The translations under genes and the position numbers were made by a program. 64,000 nt of DNA from Albugo candida (lineage: Eukaryota): positions 124,001 through 188,000 of the forward strand of contig JBDOQK010000037.1 in the NCBI GenBank assembly GCA_040437565.1, read 5' to 3'. The notes beneath the pieces are model-generated. The model made no database searches. It saw nothing but the letters and a program-made list of their open reading frames with translations, and was not told the DNA's origin. Numbering within the stretch: the first letter of the stretch is position 1; each line of letters begins with the position of its first letter. Below are positions 12,105-24,000 of the stretch, piece by piece.

Positions 12105-13204
12105 ATGGCACATCGCAATCTCACGAGTGAATTTATCAGTCGACGTACGCGATTACGTGAGCAAAGCGTACGATTTAGATTGCAACATGTCACGAAAAGT
12201 CAGCCCGTTTTCTCGCTCTACAAAAATGTATACTTTTGCATGGATATGCAATGCTCTGTATGATCAATAATCTGGTTCCAATTAGAAAAAGCTAAGAGCC
12301 ATGGGTAAAGCGTTATTACAGAAAGCGCGTGAGAGTACGACACGAGTGGACGGTCAAATGGACCATGAGGTTGATGTGTTACCTCTTTGGGTACAATTAA
12401 CGGAAGGTGCGAATGAGGCGATCCGACTGCTCAATCTCAAGCGTAAGATTTGAGACTAGACTCTTTTCTTTGCTAACATTTCGCAGTGGAATACCTGCAG
12501 CTATTGCATACAAGACGCCTAATGATTCGATTCGACGAGAGCGAAAAAGGTCATGAACTTGAAGTTGAAGACGTCACTAATGAAATCGTAAATCTATTTC
12601 ACCGAGCAAATCACTCGCTGCAGAGAATGAGGTCCACGCGAAAGAATTCAGACGTCGACCAGATTGTACAGTGGAATGTGCAACAAGCCATTGCCTTTCG
12701 CATCCAAAATTTATCGGCTTCCTTCCGCAAAGGCCAAACCAAATATTTGGAGAGATTACGGCTTCAAAGCTCAAACTGCCGCGTTTTTTCCATGCTAGAA
12801 ACTTCCACAGACATATCCAATGCTGTCGCTGGTGGGGGTCAGCGTTGTGCGTTACGCCAGCGCCAAGTCGCTTCGCGAGACGCAGAGATTCAGCGAATAT
12901 TTCAGTCGGTCACAGCACTCACTCATCTCTTTCGTGAAGTCGCGAATATCGTTATTGAACAGGGAAGTATGGTAGACAGGATCGACTACAACATGACTCA
13001 GGTTCAGATACTGAGTCTTCTTCTGATACCTTCGTTCTGATTCCACTCCAATACGCTTAGGCTGTGATACGAATGCGTGGTGGATACAAACAGCTCATAA
13101 ACGCGGATACATATCAAGTGTATTCACGCGCTGAGAGATGCATTTTCATATTAGTACTGCTGATTTTCAGCTGCTTCTTGCTTTTGGTCGCAAAACACTC
13201 TTGA
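12105..13204 (+). CDS. Syntaxin-16/Tlg2/SYP4-like Qa-SNARE
   Basis: N-peptide MAHRNLTSEF, LPLWV, SNARE motif IVIEQGSMVDRIDYNM, C-terminal TM CIFILVLLIFSCFLLLV in the exon starting at 13061; several short introns. Confidence 0.88.
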
Positions 13205-13209
13205 GACTT

Positions 13210-15203
13210 TCATCGTCGACTTTGAGGAGAAAGACTTTTTGGATTCAAAAATTGGATACTATTGGATTGTATAGTCGGAATGTTCTGCAGGCGTTGGAAT
13301 TTGCCATGTTTTTCGATGTGTTTGACACTTTTCAACTTCGGAATTAATTTCGCAAAAGTCGGCTTCTCCAAAGTGTTTATCTTGCATTCGCTCATGGAAA
13401 TGTTATTGTGCCCCGTAATCATCAATGACAAAGGATTTGTATTGATCTCTTTCTTGCGTCTGACCATTTTTGGTAATACTTGTGATTTTTTCTTGGTTTG
13501 TATTTCCATCAAACGAAGATTTCGACCACAAGACTCGACAGATATCGGTCTGATAGATGGGAAAACGAGATGACCATTTTCATTAGAATCGCTCAAGTCG
13601 TTGGAGAGGGAGTCAAGTCGTTGTGCTTGAGCCTCAAGTGCCTTCCAGACATTTTTTGAAGGTCCAATGTAGATGGATAAGTCTTGAATCAGATTTTTCG
13701 AGCTGACCGGTTCTAATATCTTTTCGAACTTAGGACGAACCGCAAGTCCCGGGAAGAGTTGTACTCCACACCCGGGTTGTGGACACGCATATTCTTTGAC
13801 CAGAAAGAGCCTTGACATGCACCCTTCGTGAAAAGTGTGCTACCATTAGAGAATGTTGAGGAGCCAATTCAAAGATCTCAAAGATGAAACCTACACCACA
13901 GATTGTCTCTCTTAAAATCGTCGAGGATCGTAAGACCTGCTGACAAATCGAGCAGAATTCGTTCGTGGCCATTAATCTCTTTGCATCTTCTGCTAAAATC
14001 TGCTTTCCGGGTAGAACAGACATTAGGTAATGATGCAAAGGCTCATACTCGTGGCTATCGAGCTGCAGTAAAAGCTCGTAATCGTTGGTTGAAATCTCTC
14101 GACCTTGTAATCGCGAGATAGCTTCTCGATTAGATTTGCGCGGTTGACAATCTCGATAGGCGGGTTCCCAAGGATCAGTGACGTTACTTTTAGTCACAAA
14201 GAAATGCTTCGGATGGACGTTAGTCTCTACGCACAAAAAGAAGTCAAACCCCGCAATTGTGAGGCTCTGAAACGTACTGAAACATCGTTCACATAAGTTC
14301 ACGTTTTTACACCGTAGGCAGCGATACAGCTGTACGCGAATGGGCTTTGTGGCGCATTTCTTGCAGACGATGTTTTTATGAACATTCAACTTCTTATTGG
14401 CTTTGTTTTCCTCCCGTCTGAGATCTGTGAGGGAATGCTGCCCCCAATCTTTCCGGCATAACGGACAGATGATACTCTCTTTAGATTGTTTGCGACTCTC
14501 ACCGAACACTCGCACTTGAGACAACGTCAGATGAGTGGCTTTTGATTTGTAAGATGCATGGGACGTACTGCATTCAATGTGAAAGTTATTTCCGCAGCCT
14601 TTCCGGCAAAATGTGAGTGGCTCAGTCTCAAGCATTTCTTCCTGGCAGATTGCACACACTTCGCCGAGAGCTAATTCGTGACGGGCAACATTTTCAGTGT
14701 CGGGAGAAAGTGTCGATTCTATCCTTTTTTTCTTTCTTAGAAATTCGTGAGAAGTGTAATTTGGATTGGCTTTTTGCTTGTAGTTTCCACCTAACACCAG
14801 GTCAATCTGCACAGAAATTCACATTACGATGGAATACTGCAGGTATGTAGAACCAACTTCAGAGTCAATGAGGGACTTTTGCCAGAGTATTGGCATCTCT
14901 CGAGGCACACGTAAGACTTTGAGCATCACAAATAAGATATGTATGCAGATCTCCGCGTCTCCACACGAACAAGATTGTAAAGTGCCTATATATACTTTGA
15001 ATTTGCGATCATTATTTCGTTCCTGTACCTGCCATAACGAAAAGGTTAGCATATCAGTGTTTGGGTCAAGTAGCTGTGAGATCCACCACGAATGAGGTAG
15101 GACCACTTGTTTGAACTAGATACATCGTTGTGTGAAGTGTTTGCTCGATACGGCTCTCAACGAGTGCTGGAATTCTACTCCGATAGGGAGCCAAGCGACT
15201 CAT
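13210..15203 (-). CDS. ZSWIM2-like E3 ubiquitin ligase (SWIM + RING + ZZ + RING)
   Basis: MYLVQTSGPTSF, SWIM CSC..ICIHILFV, WQKSL, RING CAICQEE..CRKGCGNNFHIEC..CPLCR, ZZ CKKC..YRCLRC..LCERCF, LQGREISTNDYELLLQLD, second RING; multi-intron. Confidence 0.88.
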
Positions 15204-15328
15204 TTTACGTGTGCCTCCATTAATACATTGATTGTAACCAACATCTAGGATGATCCCTATAAAAATGATATCTTCCGATGAATGATTTGTGGGTTCATCT
15301 CAACGTCATTCGATTAAGCAATTACAAA

Positions 15329-16450
15329 CTACTCAATTGTCGTGATTAAGTGACTAGAGAAGAATTCTTTGTAGGAGCTTCCGGAGATCTCTTCTTTAGC
15401 TCCGTAAACACGTCTTTCACCGGTTGTATTAGGTACATTACCTAGAAGCCTATTCACATTTGCCACTCGTTTAATGGCATATCTGTGAAGGATTTTCTTC
15501 CTCCATTGAAAAGGTTTAGCCCTCCTACATTCAGCTTCCCAGAAGTGCGCGCTCTCGAATTGCTGTGACAGAGCACTATCCAAATGCTTTTTTGACATTG
15601 AAACCAACTTTTTTGAAGCAAGAAAGTCCAAATCGGAAGCAGTATGATTTTCTTGCGGAAACGCCAGCATTAAGAGCCTAACACGACAACCTGGAGGTTG
15701 TATTTAATGAGAGGAAAACCGAAGGATTCAGAAAAACATGCTTCAGAAACGCTTTCGATTCAGTTCTGTTCGCTTATTGCAAAGGTATTGTGGCATCACC
15801 TTCGATAATTCAATGCGTGCAAGAGGTTGGTCTTGGAGCGGTTCTGCGGAAGATAGCACTTTATTTATTTTCGACTTTCCCGACGTCAAGCTGAGAGTCT
15901 GTCGTATCGTCTCAGCCTTTTACACATTTAAGTTCGCTGTCTCCGCAGCAGCCAATTTCGCTTTCCTACGTGTTTGTTGTGCTGTGACCAGTTGACTCTT
16001 ACTTGTAATATTAGTTCAATTACAAATCCGTTTCAAAGAGGATTAGCACACGCACAGTTGGTCAACACTTGGAAATCCTTCTATTATGTAGCTCTTTTAG
16101 ATCCTCACTTCGAATGCGAATGGATGCCGTTTTGTATAGCTTAAAGAATGTCAGTCCTGATCCTGTCTGCAAGCACACTATTGCTTTGTTTCCATTACCT
16201 TTAAGCAATTGGAGTGAAGAAAATCTGAGAACTTTGATGTCAGCAGAGACGTTTGAATTTTCTTGTCCTGTACCGAACTAAAATGAGCAAAGCATTGATC
16301 CAAGCAGAATTAGTGATAAAGTCTCAACAGCTGCACTACCTTTCTATTACGTGTGATAAGACATTGCCTACCATGCCGACAAGGTATATGAAAGCCTTCC
16401 ATGCGAGTATAAAATGCAAAAAAAGTAGAATTCAAATATGGAGTTCTATC
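15329..16450 (-). pseudogene. Decayed coding relic, possibly a secreted Cys-motif (CCG/CHxC-like) effector
   Basis: Protein-like minus-strand segments broken by stops and frameshifts; hydrophobic leader ILLFLHFILAWKA followed by a frameshift-restorable C-RQ-CLITRN. Confidence 0.25.
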
Positions 16451-18197
16451 GCACAATGGATGTAGATTAGCAGGGAAGGAGCACATTACAACCCGCTAAA
16501 ATACGACGATCCTGCTGTAGTATAGAAAAAAGGATTACAAAAGTGGACTTTCGCTGTAACGATGTCTTAAGGCCCTGAACTTGACGCTGACCACCTGTTG
16601 TAGCCCAATGCATGCTGGACAGTACAACAACGAAACCAATATCTTCTCTTCCCATGTGTTGTGCTGTTTTGAAGAAGCGGACGAAACCATGATGATGATG
16701 ATTCTTGGCAAAGAGCGCTGATCATTCCCGTATCTAGAGTCAGTCGTGTTGATGGAAGCCTTCGAAGCTACACGTACTATAGCGGCCATTTCCAAGATGC
16801 AAATCGACTACCAATTTAAAGTACTTCATGTCAGTGTCGCAGCTCGATTTTTATATAAAAAGGGATACAATGGCAATTTTGTACGTGCTCCTCGACAGTT
16901 TTGAAGAGTTAGTGGAACTCGTGAAGCACTAAACAGCTATAAAAAGTCGGGTGAGACGTGCAGCGTTGCTTTCAATTTCCAGCGCAGCTGGACAAAGGAA
17001 GCATCACAGACTCTTCCTGAAGGAGAGGGCGATGAAGTAATCAGATAGTAATATGACGCGAGTAAACGAGACGGGGGGGCGAATCGATTACGGTCTTTCG
17101 TATAGTTGGCCGGGCAAGTGCGACATCGAGCACATTATGGGACGATTGGTCGACATCAGCCGCTGCGCCATCGATTTCTTCGTTTCAAGACATATAAGGT
17201 TCAGACGCCATCTGATTCTATCAGACCAAATCAGCCATTCTACGCGCGGAAGCTACCTCAAGCTATCTAGCAGGCGCTAGCAATGCCCACAATTTTGCCC
17301 ATTGACAGCTAAGTATGCTCGATCACCTACAAGGGAGCAAAATGCTGCTGCTGTAGGGAGTCGGTCCTTTATATATAATGGTACTGGCGTGGGCTATGCG
17401 TAATGGAGCACCAGAGTATGAGATCATAAGATTTAGCCATGGTATAAACTGCTTCCGGTGCTATTTGTCAGATGTCAGCTCATCATGCTGGTGGGGAGAT
17501 AGAACCCAAAAACTATTTCATTGGCAGTCACACGAAATCTCTCCCTTTCTGCACATAGACATACGGCGCTAATTGTCTATCGTGAATCGGCCATTAGTTC
17601 CATCAGATTTTTCATCCCATAAAACTTATGGGCTATTTTTTGTAAGAAATTTGGCTAATGGGAAGCGGGACAGTGTTGTATTTGCAAGAAGAACAGCCTT
17701 TATAATGCGCAAGCACACCATTCAGTCAATTACAAAATTTTCAAGTGAAATTGATACATCTTCGGTGCATTTATGTGACTAAAATGAGAAATATGAAATA
17801 CAATGCTGTGCCACCAACATTCTTCGTTTTATACATGTTTATTGTACTCCGAGAGGCTGATTCAATTGTGATGGGATGTGCAAATAAATGTGTATGCAAG
17901 CTATCCACCTAGATAGAAATCAATCGCGATAGCTTGATTCCATGGCTATAATATAATCCAAGATGACATGTTTAGCGGCCGCATTTTGTTACGGATACTT
18001 AATCGAGTCAAACCATCTTGTCATCAATTACTCATCCAATCGGAGCTCATTATTAATAGACGATGGCGTTCCACTGATTATACTAAGTAGGGGAGGTTTG
18101 ATTGTTTCACAATATTACATGTGAGAGGGATCGATATCATCGATTCTGCAACAAAGGTTCGATTTTTGTATGTCTCTTACCTAAAGTATTAACTTTG

Positions 18198-18961
18198 GGA
18201 ACGATGGCAAACGCTGACGAATATTTGACCAAGAAATATGACAAGTGGAAGAATTTTGACGTTTGTACTCTTTGTATCACCGTACGATTCAACTATTCAT
18301 CACGTCAATTCATTAGGAAAATTCTGATTCAGAAGAAGAAATTCCTCGTGTTCCCACACAATTTGATCTCGAAGGAGATGGTATTCATTTCGTGCCTCTG
18401 TTTCCTCATTTTCTCACACCTTATTGTGTAGCGGACATAATTGTGAGCTCCAAACAGTATCTTAAACCGGCCGAAGTCGAAAAAGTGAAGAAATTGAGCC
18501 AAAACAAAAATGAAATCTGGCAAGTTGTCNNNNNNNNNNNNNNNNNNNNNNNNNNNNNNNNNNNNNNNNNNNNNNNNNNNNNNNNNNNNNNNNNNNNNNN
18601 NNNNNNNNNNNNNNNNNNNNNNNNNNNNNGGAACGATGGCAAACGCTGACGAATATTTGACCAAGAAATATGACAAGTGGAAGAATTTTGACGTTTGTAC
18701 TCTTTGTATCACCGTACGATTCAACTATTCATCACGTCAATTCATTAGGAAAATTCTGATTCAGAAGAAGAAATTCCTCGTGTTCCCACACAATTTGATC
18801 TCGAAGGAGATGGTATTCATTTCGTGCCTCTGTTTCCTCATTTTCTCACACCTTATTGTGTAGCGGACATAATTGTGAGCTCCAAACAGTATCTTAAACC
18901 GGCCGAAGTCGAAAAAGTGAAGAAATTGAGCCAAAACAAAAATGAAATCTGGCAAGTTGTC
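18198..18961. repeat. Direct duplication 18198-18529 / 18630-18961 flanking a 100-N gap (likely unmerged contig overlap)
   Basis: Same sequence on both sides of gap 18530-18629, offset 432. Confidence 0.9.
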
Positions 18962-20509
18962 GTTCGCAAACTCCGCGTGTGGTCTGCCACTTCATCCTCC
19001 AATGAGACTTCAACGGTCACTCCATGTCGCCCTTACTGCATAATGATCAATAACTTGTATCCACTTGGTCAAGTCGTACATAAAGTGATCTGTAATCCAC
19101 CCGAAGAATATCCTTCACCATCTAAAATTATACAATGCCTGATCCAAACCATGCTCGATCCACCTTCGAACAACTTTACGCAACATCGTCCGGACAAGAT
19201 CGTCTTTCCTGATAAATATTTTGTCGGTGAGCTGAGGAAATCATGTGGCTTCATCAATATCGAGTGTTCCTACTTGTCCGAGTCGGAAGGCATCGATTCT
19301 TATATCAAACAACTATCCGAACACCTGGTCAAGAAAGAAATGGCATCCGTCAATTCGGTCAATGAGCGTCCTGGATCTCTTCTTGAAGAGAACGGCATCA
19401 CTACAGAGCTATTCCGAGAATTCCATGAGCTGTGTAAACAATTTTATGAGACAAAACCATGGCTCAAGTATGCTGAACGGCAGGCACTTCAAATATCTGC
19501 AAGCCAACAAATTCGGTTGAGCTCGAAGTACAACGTACCTAGTGGAAACGTGTTTGTGTCTGTTATTGCAACGCAAACGCAAGAGGATTTTGTACATGGA
19601 ATGGCTCTTTTCATAACTCGATCTGACATGGAACGACGTGTGGTACCACCGGACGAGCAATTGGCATTGATGGTGGACCCAAGACTTCGACGGTGTGCCT
19701 TGTGTGATTCTCGTGCAGAAGATTTGGAGGAGAAATTGAATGTCAAGAACGTAGAATTGAAACGATGCACACGCTGCAAATGCGTTTTTTACTGCAATCA
19801 AGAATGTCAACGCGCGCACTGGAAAGATCACCGAATGAATTGTGTGGCTGCTGAAGAAACGACAGAGAAGAATGCCGCTGGTGTTCAGTGGGGATCCATC
19901 GAATTGTCAATTTTATTTGGATCTGAAATGCTCTCTTCGTTTGATGATCTAGATGCAATCGAAAGACTCGAGATCGAAGCGTCTGGAGTGTCAGAAAGCG
20001 ATAATATGCCGATGTACCCATCTGTCATTGCTCTCGATCGAGGAACGCTCAGAACTCCGAATGCCACCGATTTGTTTCTACTAATTCGTGGTCTACGGGC
20101 GTTCGTCGGGTTGGAGGATCATCCTCACTTCATGCAGAAATCAACTTTGGATCTGATTGGTCTCAAAGTGCCGGAACAAACACTTGAACTGCATGTGGAC
20201 GGGAGTTCTTTCGGTACTTCCGACCCACTCAAAGTGCGGAATGCAACCGTTTTGACCACAAAAGATGTCGATCGTCTACGCAAAACCGTTCAGAGCGCCA
20301 ACATTACGGAACTGGAGTCAAACGTGAACAAGGAATGCGACAGTCAAGTGGGCCAAACGCTGAGAGATGACTCCATGAAACATGTTGAGGATGTTGACGG
20401 TCTTACTCCGCCTGTTGAAGTGAAGCGCATCAGTGAAGAAGAAGGCACAGAAAATTCAATACAAAGAAGAAAAGGAGACAAGAAATCGGATTCTTGTTGT
20501 GTGATGTGA
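18636..20509 (+). CDS. MYND zinc-finger protein with C-terminal CaaX box
   Basis: CALC..LKRCTRCKCVFYCNQECQRAHWKDHRMNC; ends KKSDSCCVM*; two short 5' introns; the 5' part is also present before the gap (ATG 18204). Confidence 0.85.
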
Positions 20510-20657
20510 CATTCATTTTTGACAATGNNNNNNNNNNNNNNNNNNNNNNNNNNNNNNNNNNNNNNNNNNNNNNNNNNNNNNNNNNNNNNNNNNNNNNNNN
20601 NNNNNNNNNNNNNNNNNNNNNNNNNNNTGTGTGATGTGACATTCATTTTTGACAATG
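20498..20657. repeat. 30-nt direct duplication flanking a 100-N gap
   Basis: tgtgtgatgtgacattcatttttgacaatg at 20498 and 20628. Confidence 0.9.
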
Positions 20658-21084
20658 ACCGCGCTGTGACCAACATTTTTGCACTTTGAAACGTGTGTAT
20701 CCAATTAGTTTTTACCGGTATCAAAAAAGTATTGTTGGTTTATGAGCAAACAGAAAGCGAAACCTCGAGAGAATCCCAGGGCAAGTAATAAATTGTCATT
20801 TGAAAATGCTTTGCACGAGATTGAACAAATAGCGGTATCTGATTCCTTTATCACTTATCCAATACGATGATGACTAAGTACGCTATCTCTTTTAGAACGA
20901 CCTGAAGACTGTTTCGGAGCAGCGTGCGCACCTATTAGAAAAGTGTAATGGATCCATAAAGCTCAAAGTAGTAACAAATCAAAGCATCAAATAGATGCGA
21001 AGACTCGATACCCTCTTAACCGTACTTAAACGCCTTTAATTTCGGTTCTATTCTGGCTCGTCTTTTCGCCTCGTGCTGACGATA

Positions 21085-24000
21085 ATGACGCAATGTCAAG
21101 TCGAGCATGATACATGCAAAAGCGCTGTAGAGATAGCCTTGAACTGTCAATCAACCTCTTCACCTATTGACCTTCCAAGCACCTCGAGTGTGGCAGAATT
21201 ACCAGTAGAAAATTGTGATGCATCCGACTCGTTTATCAATCAAATACAGAGAGAACTATCGAAACGCAGACCTGACCCATTTGTGCTCTCTGTCCTTTGC
21301 CGCTCCATGTTACTGACAGAAGAAGAGCGTATCGATCAATCTCATAATGAAGCATTCATTCCGGACACTGTACGCCCGCACTTGTGGGCTGCGTTGTTGG
21401 GAGTTCGCATCAAAGAACGAATGTATTTAGATCAGTCCATTGCACAGGTCGAAGAGGATCTCGATAATCAAAAGGTGATCGTCGGGGACGCGACACGCAC
21501 ACGGGCTCAAGACTCTAAATTTCGAGATCCTGGATGCTCCGACACCCTCACTCGAATATTGACTTATTACTGTAAAGCAAAAAGTATCCGATACAAACAA
21601 GGAATGAACGAAGTGCTGGCTCCCTTTATTATGATACAACAACAGTTGAGCCAAATGCAAGCGGATGGTCTTATAAAAGAGTCAGTAGAGAATTCGGAAA
21701 TTTCAATGTCAATTGACGCACAAATGGTTTTTAGTGAGAGTGTGCTGTATCAGTGCTTTTATGCGATGATTGATAAATTCCTACCACACACATTCCAAGA
21801 TGAGGAGTTTTATTCGTTGCAGTGCTCACTCCAGCTGTATCGCCTGTTGTTATTGTACCATGACCCAGAACTCTGCCAGTTCCTGGATCAACATGATATG
21901 AGCCCGGAGATATATCTAACGCCTTGGTTCATGACACTTTTCGCCAGGAATTTGGAACGTCAAATGCTGTTTATATTGTGGGACTTTTTATTGATTCAGA
22001 GTGATCCAGCTCTTCTCCATTTTATAGCAGTCATTTTGGTTTGTGATGCTCGAGAAGACTTGATAAAGACTGATCTTGCGTCATTGCCACAGACACTCAG
22101 TAGCATCAAATTTCGATCGATTCAACATGTGAATTCGGTTTGCTTGCGAGCTAAAGTCTGTATGGACGAAAGAACTCCAATATCATTCAAGACTGAGCTC
22201 AGGAAAGCGTGTTTCAGCCAATCTCAAACACAACCAAGTCTGGGAAGCTACTCATGCGCCACATGTCTTCATGTATCAAGCGACGAGCTTTTGTCGAACT
22301 GGAGCCGTCGATCTTCAAAATCGGGCAGTAAGCTTGAACTCGGGCACATTCTCTCAAGCTCACCGCCAACACAGCTCAATTACGTCGTGTTTGATTGTCG
22401 AAGGTCCGAGCAGTATGAAAAATGTCATTTGTATCTCTCTCACCATATCGACCCCGAAATCGTGTCTGAGCCTGAGCAATTGTCGGCACTTTTGAAAGGA
22501 TTCGATTCCATGAAAGGATGTCATTTTTGCTTTATCGGCCCAATGAAATCAAATACATTCAATGCGAACCCGGAATCCGCTTCCTTTTTCATTCGATCCA
22601 CTGCCGCAAGCATTTCTTCTCGCGTGACATCGTCGATCGCCCGTCTTCGTCCATTACGTCGCGCTTCTCACATTGAGGCCGCGGAATCTTTTCCAGAATT
22701 AGAGGATTTCTCGACTTTCGATGAGGAAGGAAGAAACATCACAGAGATAAACCCAGTTACAAACAATTTCGATTCTGTTCAGCCATCCGACCGCGATTCT
22801 TCCGATAGCCATTCGCTCCACAAAAGTATTGATGCGCCATACTCGGAGCATATCATTGTGATCCGAATCGCACTTATGTTCCTCCAAAAAGGCTTCAAAC
22901 ATGTGAGCATCCTGGAAGGAGGATTCGACGCTTTGAAAACCCGAATTTCATCAATGAACGAGTCTGTTCTCGACCAACTGTTTGTGCATTCGCGGCAGAG
23001 AAATCTCTCAGAGATTTCAAACCTCACGCATATACCTTTGAGCCAAAACGCAATATCTTTTAATAAAGGAAGATCTCAATCGGAAGAATGTCTTGCTCGT
23101 CCTGCTGGAACAAGTGATCAGACAACATCTCCTATGCAACAAAGAGCAGGCCGCAGCCTCCAAAAGCTCACACAAGGCCGTCGTCATGTATCACACGCAT
23201 TAACGCAAGGTTTTCAGCAGTTTACAGCTGCAGCTAAAGATGCCGTTGGAGGGAATCAGAATTTAAAGACACGTCGACACTCAAGCTGGATGCTTTCTAC
23301 CGATTCAACGCTTTTAGGTGGCCTTGAAGCGGCTAAAGGAAGCTTTCGAACGGAAGAGGTTGTATTCCATTCTGGTCCATTGGGCATACTTTTTCAGGCA
23401 TCTCCCGACTCGTGCCAATATCAAGCGATGGTCGACTCTCTCGTGCCTGAAAGTCAGGCGTACGTATCTCAGCAAATTCAAAGCGGGGATGTGCTCATTG
23501 CGGTGAATGGAAAGGATCTGGCTCGACTCACATTTTTTCAGAATGTTGAGAGACTCCGAGAAGCCACACGCCCAATGGTTTTACGATTTCATCGTCCAGT
23601 GAGTAGAGATAACGAACGCCTTAAAACGGAAGGGACGGCAATTCCTTCAATGCTTCCACCGATACTCGTTCGTGCGTCCATGCATTCCTTATCGATCATG
23701 TGGCCCAAAGTGAGTCTTTCTGGCATCCGTTATCAGCTACAATACGCATTCTTCATCGAAGGTGAAGCAATTCCATGGGATTTCGTCAAAGTGAGAGAAA
23801 ATGGAGCTGCGTGTTTGGAAGAGCCCATCACGAGTTTTCTCGCAGAAGCAAGACATCAAGGACTGACTGATAAGAGTTTTGGCACCATAGCTGGTCTACG
23901 ACCTGATCGAAGACTAATTTTCCGCGTTCGTTGTGGTAACTCAAGTTGGGGGTCTTATAGTGCTCCAAGTAATGTAATGCAGACTTTGCTTGGATGCTCT

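Noticed and set aside
20865-20910. C/D snoRNA candidate (ATGATGA..CTGA)
   Set aside because: Boxes too close together, no terminal stem, no recognisable guide
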